Assembly: GCA_005400705.1 (NCBI GenBank)
Contig: GCA_005400705.1_4079.1
Strand: one strand, 5' to 3'
DNA length: 64,000 bases
From: Escherichia coli
GTDB lineage: Bacteria; Pseudomonadota; Gammaproteobacteria; Enterobacterales; Enterobacteriaceae
Shown here in pieces: positions 8,818-18,301 of this stretch. The stretch's first letter is position 1. Every line of letters begins with the position of its first letter. The notes below the pieces were generated by a model. The model saw nothing but the letters and a program-made list of their open reading frames with translations, had not been told where the DNA came from and made no database searches. Position numbers and translations under genes: made by a program.

Positions 8818-9341
8818 GCAGTGAAGTGCTGAAATCAATGACATTCAATGAAATTGGTGCATTTAAAGATAAGATCATTGATTGCATTGAATACATGATT
8901 TGTAGTAATATCGAAAGTATTGAGATATTTAACAAGACAAATCGCTCTTACCATATGATGTACATTGCAAACAATAATGGTATCATTCCATTTATTTCGG
9001 ATAGTACAATATGGTACGCATGTGATACGAAAAAAACCACAATAGGTTTACATTCATTTGAGACACATTATGATCTAATTATTCCTGAACATTGTATGCA
9101 AGAAGAAGAATATTTTCAAATGCAATGTATACATTCACCATTAGTGTTGTTTAGTTTATATATTATACCTTATATCACCAAATGTGTTCATGAGAATAAA
9201 GCTCCGTGGAATCATGAATTTGTATCGTTGAAGTTATTGTATAATGTATTAGTAGAATATTATGATTACAGGCACAATGGTACAATCAGTGATGTATGGG
9301 ATTTTGAATCGCTAAGGGTGAAAACATACACAGGTGAATGA
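8814..9341 (+). CDS. family B protein
   Basis: Core motif EEEYFQMQCIH; ATGA overlap. Confidence 0.65.
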   Translation: MSSEVLKSMTFNEIGAFKDKIIDCIEYMICSNIESIEIFNKTNRSYHMMYIANNNGIIPFISDSTIWYACDTKKTTIGLHSFETHYDLIIPEHCMQEEEYFQMQCIHSPLVLFSLYIIPYITKCVHENKAPWNHEFVSLKLLYNVLVEYYDYRHNGTISDVWDFESLRVKTYTGE

Positions 9342-9342
9342 T

Positions 9343-9957
9343 ATGACCAGAATTAAAATGTATGATTTGATGCAGTACAGTAAAATTGCCATTCCAGTGC
9401 TTAATAAAGTGCTGGATGCATTCATTGCCAAATACCCTGAGAATTCAGTGTTATGTATTCCATTTAGTGTTCCAGATAAAGATGATATATTCCAAGTGAA
9501 TGTCAGTACACGTGGTATTACATTGCAGCAGAAATACATGGATACGGAATATTATGGAATAAAGTTGGATTCAGTACAGGGTTCAAAATCAGCCTATGAT
9601 TTTTTTGTTCCTAATAATATAGAGTCATGGGAAACAAACATTTCAAAGAAAGATGAAAATGATGTTCCTATTAGTGGTGTGTTCAACAATAAAGTTTTTT
9701 ATTATTACGAAACCGACAAATTCCCTGAAGAGTTATATTACAATTCAGAAATGAATGAAGATGTAGATGCATTCATGTTTCAATTATCGTTAGTACATGA
9801 TATCATTGATGTTCAAGAGTTAAGAGCAGAAATCAATTTAGCTAAAGAGTTATCGGACATGCTGCCACCGTTTAGTATGCTTTTTTGTGAAGGAGGTTAT
9901 TTTTCAAAAGAAGTGTTTGAACATTTCGTAGATGTTGTAAAAGGGTTGGATATATAG
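9343..9957 (+). CDS. family B protein
   Basis: ATG 9343 just after upstream stop; core motif DAFMFQLSLVHD. Confidence 0.6.
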   Translation: MTRIKMYDLMQYSKIAIPVLNKVLDAFIAKYPENSVLCIPFSVPDKDDIFQVNVSTRGITLQQKYMDTEYYGIKLDSVQGSKSAYDFFVPNNIESWETNISKKDENDVPISGVFNNKVFYYYETDKFPEELYYNSEMNEDVDAFMFQLSLVHDIIDVQELRAEINLAKELSDMLPPFSMLFCEGGYFSKEVFEHFVDVVKGLDI

Positions 9958-9958
9958 T

Positions 9959-10153
9959 ATGCTTACAGTTGATGTTAAACAAAAATACCGTAAGTTTGAT
10001 TGGTTCACCGACAGTTTCCAGCTTGAATTATTACATTTGAATATCTGTGAAACATTATGTGCAGAAACACAAGATGAATTTGATGATAGAGTGCTTCACA
10101 TCGTAGTTCTTTCTTGCTTTAAACATTTTGGTTATTTTTTCGGACAGAATTGA
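9959..10153 (+). CDS. hypothetical small protein
   Basis: 64-aa tiling ORF; contains DSFQLELL. Confidence 0.45.
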   Translation: MLTVDVKQKYRKFDWFTDSFQLELLHLNICETLCAETQDEFDDRVLHIVVLSCFKHFGYFFGQN

Positions 10154-10161
10154 GGTAAAAA

Positions 10162-10680
10162 ATGCATCAACACAAGCATCATTCATATGATTTTGCAATT
10201 AACATTATGAAGTTCATTCGAGCGTTGGAGGATGGGAAGCTTAGTCATAAGTACACCAAAGTGGGTGACAATTGGTTCAGAAATGATGATGATGAGTTCA
10301 GAAGTCATAAGATTGTTTACAGCAATAATTACAGTGCCAATTACCTACAAGATGTAGTGATGTGTTTTGAATACGTGTTACAGTTCAGGGGTTCCATCAG
10401 TCCTGAGCTAAGAGAACACATGTACATTCGATACCTACCAATGCTTAAGGATGAGAAATCAATATTCAATTCAGTACACCACAGAGTACGAGAGAGAACA
10501 TTCAGAGATATTTTGGAAGATGAAGCTGCCTATTTTCAGCAATCATTGATTGATGCTCCTGATGTGTTACAGATGCAGAATTTGTATAATGTATTAGATG
10601 CGAACATCGATACGGATATCTTTTTTTCCTTAAGTGATTATGAAACATTTTTGGAAGATTTAAAGGAAATAGGATTATGA
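10162..10680 (+). CDS. family B protein
   Basis: RBS GAGG upstream; core motif EAAYFQQSLID. Confidence 0.65.
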   Translation: MHQHKHHSYDFAINIMKFIRALEDGKLSHKYTKVGDNWFRNDDDEFRSHKIVYSNNYSANYLQDVVMCFEYVLQFRGSISPELREHMYIRYLPMLKDEKSIFNSVHHRVRERTFRDILEDEAAYFQQSLIDAPDVLQMQNLYNVLDANIDTDIFFSLSDYETFLEDLKEIGL

Positions 10681-11021
10681 GTAGATTTTCAGTTTATATA
10701 GTAAACGTCAGTAAAGATGGTAGTTTAATTGAATTTGATGTAGTTGATAACAATGATAATTCATATGGTATTAAGGTACAGGACAATGATGTACAGTTCA
10801 GTACAAGGACAAATTTTGAGAATCCAGTCCAAGTTCCGAATTTCATAGAAGATGAAGCTGCACGATTCCAATACGAAACGGCCTTTGATAATTTAGCGAT
10901 GCATATTATTATGCAAGAAAGTTTAGTTCAATTGCTTCAGGTATTCAGACAAAATATATATGTACATGAAGTGTCGATTAATGGCATTCAAAGTTCCGTT
11001 TTGTTCGGTACAAATATGTAA
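10677..11021 (+). CDS. family B protein
   Basis: ATGA overlap; core motif EAARFQYETAFD. Confidence 0.6.
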   Translation: MSRFSVYIVNVSKDGSLIEFDVVDNNDNSYGIKVQDNDVQFSTRTNFENPVQVPNFIEDEAARFQYETAFDNLAMHIIMQESLVQLLQVFRQNIYVHEVSINGIQSSVLFGTNM

Positions 11022-11031
11022 GGAAAGTACA

Positions 11032-11586
11032 ATGAGTTCAATGAGTTTATTAGATACATTAGAAAAAGACAGAAGTGCCATTAAGAGATTAAAAAATCTT
11101 GTCCAGAGCATTGCGAACAACGCTGAGAAGTTCAGTGACAATCTTAGTATAGGTGATATAACCAGTACAGGAATAAAATCCCTGAAGTCAGATTTATTAA
11201 TTCATAAGGAAGATAAATTATTATTTGTATTGAGTTCAGATTTAATGGTTGCAAGTAATGGTTTCAATTCGATATCAACACAAGATGGTAGCACAGGATT
11301 ATATCTATCACAGGGTGTCCAGACGAACGAACAGAAGTGTTTTAGTTCAGGAGTACAGAATCCCTTTAAGTTCAGTACAGAACAAGCTACAGAGCTTTTA
11401 GAGGCTTCAGAAGAGATGTTATTTCAGTACAAAACGGTTCATACAGATTTTGAATTACGATGCATGTACGCTGTTAAGCATTATGTTCAGGAGTTCGAGG
11501 ATTTAAGTTATCTTTTAGTTCGAACGAATACAAAGAACATTGGTGCATTAGAAGATTACATTTCAAAAGTTGTTAAAGGTTGTTAA
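11032..11586 (+). CDS. family B protein
   Basis: ATG 11032 with AAGGA upstream; core motif EEMLFQYKTVH. Confidence 0.6.
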   Translation: MSSMSLLDTLEKDRSAIKRLKNLVQSIANNAEKFSDNLSIGDITSTGIKSLKSDLLIHKEDKLLFVLSSDLMVASNGFNSISTQDGSTGLYLSQGVQTNEQKCFSSGVQNPFKFSTEQATELLEASEEMLFQYKTVHTDFELRCMYAVKHYVQEFEDLSYLLVRTNTKNIGALEDYISKVVKGC

Positions 11587-11595
11587 AGGGTGCTG

Positions 11596-11757
11596 ATGAA
11601 AGAGTTATTTGAAGAACAGTTCGATACATATGTGGATAATATTCTTTATTCTAGCCGTGCTAGTCAACGAGGAAATCGTGCTTACAACATAGATTACCTA
11701 TTAACGGTGCTGAGTTCACAGTACACCTACGCTGTACAGAGGACATATTATGAATAA
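11596..11757 (+). CDS. hypothetical small protein (53 aa, absent from ORF track)
   Basis: ATG 11596 to TAA 11755-11757 fills an otherwise empty gap; AAGGG upstream. Confidence 0.3.
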   Translation: MKELFEEQFDTYVDNILYSSRASQRGNRAYNIDYLLTVLSSQYTYAVQRTYYE

Positions 11758-11953
11758 TTTTAGAGATGTTGCAAAGGAGAAGTTCAAGTGCAGTTTAGAT
11801 TACGGTTTAAATGATTTTCTTACATGCACAATGTACAGGAATGATGATTATGAGCAATCCGTAATTTCGTTGCACAGATATTTCGAAATAATTTACGCAA
11901 GATATCTTAGAAGGTTAGATGGGATAGGGGATTGGAATTATGATTACGTTTGA
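11750..11953 (+). CDS. hypothetical small protein
   Basis: 67-aa tiling ORF. Confidence 0.5.
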   Translation: MNNFRDVAKEKFKCSLDYGLNDFLTCTMYRNDDYEQSVISLHRYFEIIYARYLRRLDGIGDWNYDYV

Positions 11954-12164
11954 AGAGCCGGAAGTGGTATATTGCTTTAGTGTGAAAGGTTTTGAATACA
12001 TGATGGATTCGATTTTGAAGGATACATATTTGGTTCAGATTGCAGTTACAGATAATACAGATAATGCATTACAGCGTGTAATGAATATGTACGAGAAGAC
12101 AAGTCGAAGGCTTTGTGCAATGAAAAGGATTGAAGAAATCAAGGTTTCTAGGCTGAATAAATAG
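11940..12164 (+). CDS. hypothetical small protein
   Basis: 74-aa tiling ORF overlapping upstream stop. Confidence 0.5.
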   Translation: MITFEEPEVVYCFSVKGFEYMMDSILKDTYLVQIAVTDNTDNALQRVMNMYEKTSRRLCAMKRIEEIKVSRLNK

Positions 12165-12364
12165 AGACGTTTCATTTTGACAGGCCGCAGGGGGGTCAAA
12201 AAAATTTCCGCTGAAAAACATGCTAAGGTATATGTTTAATATAAAGTTTTATATTGTGTTTTTCAGAGTACAGTTTATGTTTCCTGAAACAAAAAAAAAA
12301 TACCCCGCCACCGAACGTGCTCCTTATATTGGAGTTTACCTTATTAATTATAGTAGAGATTAAG

Positions 12365-12742
12365 ATGGAAATAAAATATAATGAATTTTGTGCAAGGACA
12401 TGGATGTACACTGGTGAGTTAGTTACGCACTCTAACTTATACAAGGGTGATTTAAACTACGCTAGGGACAAGATTTTAAAGTACTGGAATGCTGACTTTT
12501 ATTTGATGGATTTTAGTACTGGGTTTAGGGGTAAAGCAACCGAGATGTTGGACTATACAGTACTTGATGATGCTGCACTGTTTCAGGAGGCATTAGTATT
12601 TGATAAGAAGTACATCTGTACATTAGAAGAGATGATTGAATTACAGCGTAGAATTAAATGTATTCACAGGGAATGTATAGATATCTGGTGCAGTACTGGT
12701 GAAGTTGATTTTTGTAATCATTTCAATCTAGGGGAAGTGTGA
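12365..12742 (+). CDS. family B protein (subfamily B1)
   Basis: ATG 12365 preferred over track start 12254; core DDAALFQEALVFDKKYICTLEE. Confidence 0.65.
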   Translation: MEIKYNEFCARTWMYTGELVTHSNLYKGDLNYARDKILKYWNADFYLMDFSTGFRGKATEMLDYTVLDDAALFQEALVFDKKYICTLEEMIELQRRIKCIHRECIDIWCSTGEVDFCNHFNLGEV

Positions 12743-13098
12743 TGGAATTTGATTTTTTAATATCAGTACATTCTTTTAAGCACAGTTTTCAGTACTTTTG
12801 TAATTTAAACAAAGGTGATTTAATGCACAGTGCGAATGAGTATATTCATTTTACTGATGGTAAATTCTCATTTATTGATTACAGTTCATTAGATTTTCCA
12901 TACACTGATATGCCGGACTATACATTGATGGATGCTGGTGAACTATTTCAAGCTGCATTAGTATTTGACAAGAAGTACATCTGTACATTTGAAGAAGTAA
13001 TTACTATACAAAATGAAATGAAGGTGTATGCATCGTTGAATAAACCTAATGAATGTATTAATCAAGAATACAAATTCAATATAGGAATTCCAAAATGA
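12739..13098 (+). CDS. family B protein (subfamily B1)
   Basis: Core DAGELFQAALVFDKKYICTFEE; ATGA overlap. Confidence 0.7.
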   Translation: MMEFDFLISVHSFKHSFQYFCNLNKGDLMHSANEYIHFTDGKFSFIDYSSLDFPYTDMPDYTLMDAGELFQAALVFDKKYICTFEEVITIQNEMKVYASLNKPNECINQEYKFNIGIPK

Positions 13099-13454
13099 CA
13101 TATGATTATTCTATGTACTATTATAAGTTACCTAAAGGATGGGACTTGTGCTGTAATCTTATTAAGGGAGACTCGGAACATGAGTTGAGTTTATATATGC
13201 ACTACAAAGATTCTTGTTTTAAATTTATTCATGTATTACATGATGGCTATGACTATGAATCTGAGAGTCTTATAGATTATACAGTACTGGACGATGGTGA
13301 ACTATTTCAGGAAGCATTAGTGTTTGATAAGAATAAGTACTCCTGTACATTTGAAGAAATGGTTTCTTTGCAAAATGAAATGAAGAGATTTGAAAAAGAA
13401 AACGTATTTAATCCATCCCCATCAAGAACGAATAATTATTATTTCAATATATGA
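13095..13454 (+). CDS. family B protein (subfamily B1)
   Basis: Core DDGELFQEALVFDKNKYSCTFEE; ATGA overlap. Confidence 0.7.
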   Translation: MTYDYSMYYYKLPKGWDLCCNLIKGDSEHELSLYMHYKDSCFKFIHVLHDGYDYESESLIDYTVLDDGELFQEALVFDKNKYSCTFEEMVSLQNEMKRFEKENVFNPSPSRTNNYYFNI

Positions 13455-13463
13455 GATTATAAA

Positions 13464-13958
13464 ATGACATTACAGAGTTCATTGGAAAAAGCAAAGAAGA
13501 TTCATGAGTACATGAATATGGCAAAAGAAGGTTCAGTTTACGGTGTTTTCAAAGACACAAGTACTCAATATTATGTGCCGGATAACCTCCTTTATAATGA
13601 CTGCTCAGATACAGAAACGTGCGTACTGGATACAGAAACGTGCATACTAGATACCGACCCTAATGATTATGAATGTTTCATTGATATGCATAATGAGTAC
13701 ATGGTCTATATTAATGATGCAGATATTACCATATACAGTACTGACTGCGATTCCGATGACATTATAATTCCGAGTGAAGTACTAGAAGGTCAGTGGGATA
13801 GTGAAGAGTATTACTTCCAACAAAGTACTGTTTACGATGATGAAGTACTTGAAGTATTAGTTATTATGTGGTACTTTAAAAGTATTGGTTCTGGGAACTT
13901 CTATTTCGATTACAGATACGTAACGAAAACTGTAGATAACGGTATTAACAGGGGTTGA
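13464..13958 (+). CDS. family B protein (subfamily B2)
   Basis: N-terminus MTLQSSLEKAKKIHEYM; core WDSEEYYFQQSTVYDDEVLEVLVIMWYFKS. Confidence 0.7.
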   Translation: MTLQSSLEKAKKIHEYMNMAKEGSVYGVFKDTSTQYYVPDNLLYNDCSDTETCVLDTETCILDTDPNDYECFIDMHNEYMVYINDADITIYSTDCDSDDIIIPSEVLEGQWDSEEYYFQQSTVYDDEVLEVLVIMWYFKSIGSGNFYFDYRYVTKTVDNGINRG

Positions 13959-13959
13959 A

Positions 13960-14430
13960 ATGAGTTTAGAAAGAGCATTAGAGATTGCGAAGTTAATTGA
14001 TTTATGCAGCAAAGAAATTGTATCAAATTGTCTCAATGGATATCTATTCAAGGAAGGTAAATCATATTGTCGAATGATATACGATGACAGTAGTGAATAT
14101 ATCCATATGTATGAAGAAAACTTAGATGATTCTGACATAGTACTCACAGGATGTGATGTTAATTTGGAAGATAATTACATGTACTTCTGCCGTGATGCTG
14201 ATATTTTAATCCAAGATTCATTAATTCAAACAGGTGCACCAGAGGTATATCTTCCGTATTCAGTACTGGATAATAACTGGGGTAGTGAAGATTACTATTT
14301 CCAGCAGAGTACTATATATAATGAAGATATACTTGACAAACTTGTTATTTCTTGGTACTTTCATAACACGGATTATAGTAGCTTCTACATAGACTTGGAT
14401 CTACTAAGAGTACTTAAAGAGGATATATGA
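13960..14430 (+). CDS. family B protein (subfamily B2)
   Basis: N-terminus MSLERALEIAK; core EDYYFQQSTIYNED. Confidence 0.7.
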   Translation: MSLERALEIAKLIDLCSKEIVSNCLNGYLFKEGKSYCRMIYDDSSEYIHMYEENLDDSDIVLTGCDVNLEDNYMYFCRDADILIQDSLIQTGAPEVYLPYSVLDNNWGSEDYYFQQSTIYNEDILDKLVISWYFHNTDYSSFYIDLDLLRVLKEDI

Positions 14431-14867
14431 GTTTAGAAAAAGCACTAGAACTAGCCAACAAAATACATCAGTACCATGATAAAATAAAAAGTGGGTTCTA
14501 TGCTGATAAAGTACATGCATATGGGAATGAATATTACCTCACTGGAGTAAAGAGATACTCTAATGATATTTTACTTATGGGTCATGATAAAGACAATAAT
14601 ATACAGTACTCTTCATGTAGTCAATATACTAGTTTTATGGTATATATTCCTGGTACTAAGATTACTTTTGACACATCAAATACACCTGTTGACTTCGGAG
14701 TACTTGATGGCCCGTGGGGTACTGAAGAGTATTACTTCCAACAGAGTCTCATTTTTAACCAAGAAATGCTTGATTCCTTGGTTGTGTTGTGGTACTTTAA
14801 GGAATTGAATTTTGAACCATTCTTTCTTGACTGGGGATCATGTGAGTATTTAATTTCAGGGGAATAA
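14427..14867 (+). CDS. family B protein (subfamily B2)
   Basis: N-terminus MSLEKALELANK; core EEYYFQQSLIFNQE. Confidence 0.7.
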   Translation: MSLEKALELANKIHQYHDKIKSGFYADKVHAYGNEYYLTGVKRYSNDILLMGHDKDNNIQYSSCSQYTSFMVYIPGTKITFDTSNTPVDFGVLDGPWGTEEYYFQQSLIFNQEMLDSLVVLWYFKELNFEPFFLDWGSCEYLISGE

Positions 14868-14869
14868 TA

Positions 14870-15358
14870 ATGTCATTACAAAGTGCATTGAAAGAAGCAA
14901 AGAAAATTCATGAGTACATGATTATGGTACAGGAAGGTTCAGTACCAGGTGTATACAAAACATCAGATACGGAATTCTTCGTTAAGGATAGAGATGATTA
15001 TGACGAATCAGAGGTATGTGCAGAAACATTAGTACTGCACACTGATACTGGTGACAGTGATAACTGTGAATATCATATGTACAACCAGTACATTAGTTAT
15101 TGCCGTAATGAAGATATTACCATCTACAACACAGATAGTGATGCTGATGACACTATCATTCCTTATTCAGTACTGGAAGGTCAGTGGGATAGTGAAGAAT
15201 ATTACTTCCAGAATAGTACTATCTACAATGAAGAAGAACTGGATGTTATTGTGATTATGTGGTATTTCAAAAGTATTGACTCCAGTAGTTTCTATTTTGA
15301 TTATGAATATGTAGAGAATACAGTAGGAGAAGGTAATGTCATTACAAAGTGCTCTTGA
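14870..15358 (+). CDS. family B protein (subfamily B2)
   Basis: N-terminus MSLQSALKEAKKIHEYM; core EEYYFQNSTIYNEE. Confidence 0.7.
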   Translation: MSLQSALKEAKKIHEYMIMVQEGSVPGVYKTSDTEFFVKDRDDYDESEVCAETLVLHTDTGDSDNCEYHMYNQYISYCRNEDITIYNTDSDADDTIIPYSVLEGQWDSEEYYFQNSTIYNEEELDVIVIMWYFKSIDSSSFYFDYEYVENTVGEGNVITKCS

Positions 15359-15788
15359 AAAAGCAAAAGAACTACATGGATACTTTGAAGATATAAAGGC
15401 CGGAAAGTTCAAAGAAGTGTACAAAGCCGAGAACGGTAACTACTACAAAGATGAAATGTATAATAACTCCGTTAGTGTAAGGGTTATTCTTGGGTTGAAT
15501 TCCAATAGTCCTATATCGTTTTCTGAATACAATAGAGATGCAGAATTTATTAGTTATGTTGAAAATGGTAGCATTCGTTTTATTAATAGACAAAAACCAT
15601 TAATTTTGAATTATGAAGTACTGAATGGTCCGTGGAATAGTGAAGAGTATTACTTCCAAAACAGTACTGTATATGATGATGAAGTACTTGAAGCATTAGT
15701 TATTATGTGGTACTTCAAGAGTGTTAGCTGTCCTCGATTTTATTTGGATTTCGAAGATCTTCGTAAAGATCCAGAAGGTATAGAATGA
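15336..15788 (+). CDS. family B protein (subfamily B2)
   Basis: N-terminus MSLQSALEKAKELH; core EEYYFQNSTVYDDEVLEALVIMWYFKS. Confidence 0.7.
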   Translation: MSLQSALEKAKELHGYFEDIKAGKFKEVYKAENGNYYKDEMYNNSVSVRVILGLNSNSPISFSEYNRDAEFISYVENGSIRFINRQKPLILNYEVLNGPWNSEEYYFQNSTVYDDEVLEALVIMWYFKSVSCPRFYLDFEDLRKDPEGIE

Positions 15789-16099
15789 AAAACTTATTCA
15801 GTGTTCAGTACGTTCCTGGTGAAATTGGTTTATTGTATCTATTTGACCATGATAATTCATTATTACTAGTAGTGAAGAAATGCCAAGCTAGTTCGTTTGT
15901 TGAATACATTCACGATAGTGAATACATTCCTGATTTCCTAGAGTGTGATTATCACGATGAACATGAATCATTTATTTTTCAGGAATCACTCGTTTGGAAT
16001 AAGTCTATTAACTTCTTTACGTTAATTGAATTACAAAAGCAGGTGAAGTATCATTGGGATTACTTAATTACACAGGATTACATTGAGATAGAAATATAA
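15785..16099 (+). CDS. family B protein
   Basis: Core ESFIFQESLVWN; ATGA overlap. Confidence 0.65.
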   Translation: MKNLFSVQYVPGEIGLLYLFDHDNSLLLVVKKCQASSFVEYIHDSEYIPDFLECDYHDEHESFIFQESLVWNKSINFFTLIELQKQVKYHWDYLITQDYIEIEI

Positions 16100-16407
16100 T
16101 GACTAAAAATGAATTTGATTCACTTTGTACGGTTTATAATTCATTGACAGAAATACCTGACTTTATTAATTACATTTCAGCTTTAAATCAAATTATGCAT
16201 AGTTTTGAACAATCGTTTGAAGAGAAATATGCAGGTAGAAAAGTTCTATGTCATATGTCAATGTACTTGGGAGATGGTGAGCCTTACACTACCAGTACTA
16301 CATGTGAAATAAAAAAATATAATATATTATTGGGGACAATAGAATTCAAGGTATCCAATGGTGGTAGTTATATGTACTTTAGAGATGGAGTGGTTGAATT
16401 ATTATGA
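16099..16407 (+). CDS. family D-like small protein
   Basis: Motif EEKYAGRKVLCHMSMY; tiling ORF. Confidence 0.55.
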   Translation: MTKNEFDSLCTVYNSLTEIPDFINYISALNQIMHSFEQSFEEKYAGRKVLCHMSMYLGDGEPYTTSTTCEIKKYNILLGTIEFKVSNGGSYMYFRDGVVELL

Positions 16408-16853
16408 GTTACGAAAGTGCAATCAAGAAAGCAAATGATATTCTAAAAGTTGTTAAGTTCTTCAAAGAAAATCCTGAATACTTAGCTGATGAAAACCATG
16501 ATCACGATGAGAGATTGAGACGAAAAATTGTTTCTTTATTTGACACTAATGCAGATAATTATAGTCTAATTGAGTTAGCATACGATTATATTTCATTGAA
16601 CCGAAACGGAAATTTAGTTAATATAGAAAGACATGAGAGTGAAGAATCTTTTAAAATTTCAGACATTTTATCCCTGAGTACTGAAGAAGGGTACTTCCAG
16701 GGTAGTACTGTTTATGAACAAGGAACACTTGACAATCTATGCACATTCAGTGTAATATATCAGAAATCAGTACTGGATGTATTTTATCTTGACACTGCTG
16801 AACTGGATACACTAACCAATTTTGTTACTACTGAAGAGGCCACATTCGAGTGA
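16404..16853 (+). CDS. family B protein
   Basis: Core EEGYFQGSTVYE. Confidence 0.65.
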   Translation: MSYESAIKKANDILKVVKFFKENPEYLADENHDHDERLRRKIVSLFDTNADNYSLIELAYDYISLNRNGNLVNIERHESEESFKISDILSLSTEEGYFQGSTVYEQGTLDNLCTFSVIYQKSVLDVFYLDTAELDTLTNFVTTEEATFE

Positions 16854-17386
16854 TGAAAGTTAACATCAATGACTTTGATGCATTACAAGATTTATCAAAA
16901 AAGATTCGTATCATCGTACCAGTACTAAAAAAATGCAGTACTGGTTTAATTGATCCTAGTACTGTTGTTAATGAGAAGTACAATTTTCATCGTGTATTAC
17001 AGGGTACAGGTGCATTTCAGAAGTGTGATGTACGTGAGAAACACGTAATTGATACATCATTGTTTTCTATTGGTGCACCTGTGTCGAATAATTCTATTTT
17101 CTTGGATAACGCAGGAAATATTCAACAATTAACATTTAAGAAAAGGAAAAAGAACAATAACATTGGTGTGTACGCGATGAAGTGGGGGCAACCTGATTTG
17201 AAGCGTGAAATTCACATCCCTAAGTACAATTACAATGCATTTGACGAACAGTGTTTTCAACTATCGTGTACTGACCCTGACTATGCAATCATTCAGTTCT
17301 ATATGGAATTGCAGATAGCATTTAATAGTAATTTGTATATTAACTTATTGGCGATGAACATCGATGAAGTATTCAAAAACATTTAA
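16850..17386 (+). CDS. family B protein
   Basis: Core DEQCFQLSCTD. Confidence 0.6.
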   Translation: MMKVNINDFDALQDLSKKIRIIVPVLKKCSTGLIDPSTVVNEKYNFHRVLQGTGAFQKCDVREKHVIDTSLFSIGAPVSNNSIFLDNAGNIQQLTFKKRKKNNNIGVYAMKWGQPDLKREIHIPKYNYNAFDEQCFQLSCTDPDYAIIQFYMELQIAFNSNLYINLLAMNIDEVFKNI

Positions 17387-17582
17387 TCGAATTGAATACA
17401 TGAGAACTGTGAGTGCAGTGTGGGATATATGGTTCACTACTAAACCAAAAATGGATTACCATGACTTTAAGCTATTGTTCTTCATTGGCTCTAACAAACA
17501 GGATGTTGCAATGAAGGGTTATATTCAGCACTTACAGGAACTAATACAGAAGAGGGTTAATGAAAATAATAGACCAAGATGA
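17364..17582 (+). CDS. family A-like small protein
   Basis: Motif FIGSNKQDVA; start could instead be ATG 17400. Confidence 0.5.
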   Translation: MKYSKTFNRIEYMRTVSAVWDIWFTTKPKMDYHDFKLLFFIGSNKQDVAMKGYIQHLQELIQKRVNENNRPR

Positions 17583-17751
17583 TATTGCTAAACTATTCAA
17601 TATATATTCTACTAGAATGATGCAAACAGACTCATATAGTACTGAATTCAAAGAGTTGAAAGTACTGATGTACTTGGGAACCCAATATCAGGAACAAGTT
17701 ATTTTGGAATATATTAATTCGTTGAAGAAGGATATCCGTTATGTACGATGA
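17560..17751 (+). CDS. family A small protein
   Basis: Motif YLGTQYQEQV; isolated inside the B array. Confidence 0.6.
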   Translation: MKIIDQDDIAKLFNIYSTRMMQTDSYSTEFKELKVLMYLGTQYQEQVILEYINSLKKDIRYVR

Positions 17752-18301
17752 TTTAGATCTTGCGTTTGAACGTATGGTAATTTTAATGCAATGTGCAGAA
17801 ATGCATGAAACAATCCGTCGCACCAAAGGGATTGAATATACAAGTAAACTATTCTCATACGAAAGTCGTCGAGGGATGGATCATTTTTACTGCACTGATT
17901 GTTCAAAGTTTTCAGTACTGAAATATTATCATCCTACTGTTTCCAATAATAGTTTAATATCCACATATGATGGTGATCTGTTTAGTGTAATGTATGACAC
18001 ATTACATCCATCAATTTCAATCTATAAAGATTGCGATAGTAGTTTATCGTATATAATTGAAGATTACTTATCTCCTAATACTGAAGAGAATATTTTTCAG
18101 AACAGTGTGTTGCATGATGAATTAAGTATAAAATGCATCTATATGTTCAATAAGTTAAAAGAGTACGCCGATAATAATTACTTCATTGATGATTTAGCGG
18201 TATTGTCTGTTTCCGTTTTTAATACAAATGATATTGATATGAAATACTATAATGAGATTTGTAAAGTACATCATATGTATAAGGAACTATTATGTCAATA
18301 A
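17741..18301 (+). CDS. family B protein
   Basis: Core EENIFQNSVLHD. Confidence 0.65.
   Translation: MYDDLDLAFERMVILMQCAEMHETIRRTKGIEYTSKLFSYESRRGMDHFYCTDCSKFSVLKYYHPTVSNNSLISTYDGDLFSVMYDTLHPSISIYKDCDSSLSYIIEDYLSPNTEENIFQNSVLHDELSIKCIYMFNKLKEYADNNYFIDDLAVLSVSVFNTNDIDMKYYNEICKVHHMYKELLCQ

Larger units (their letters stand above)
12365..13454 (+). repeat. tandem gene-unit repeat, 3 x about 360 bp (subfamily B1)
   Basis: Near-identical nucleotide stretches around 12575-12630, 12945-13000 and 13300-13350. Confidence 0.7.
13464..15788 (+). repeat. tandem gene-unit repeat, 5 x about 470 bp (subfamily B2)
   Basis: Near-identical DNA blocks, e.g. around 13795-13850 and 15640-15700, and shared ATGTCATTACAAAGTGC at 14870 and 15336. 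Confidence 0.7.

Noticed and set aside
12177-12205. Promoter using TTGACA at 12177-12182
   Set aside because: Seventeen nt downstream is AAAAAT inside an A-run, not a credible -10; the TTGACA is better explained as one arm of the TTTTGAC/GTCAAAA inverted repeat.
12254-12364. Upstream extension of gene 12365-12742 (track start 12254)
   Set aside because: The extension reads through a poly-A/poly-C intergenic tract and gives a hydrophobic junk N-terminus; ATG 12365 yields an N-terminus and length matching the two downstream paralogs.
13804-13845. Calling the family B core a bona fide TEV/NIa protease site
   Set aside because: Similarity to ENLYFQ(S/G) is suggestive, but here the residue after Q is variable and the conserved S/T is one position further on; without a cognate 3C-like protease in the window this stays a hypothesis.
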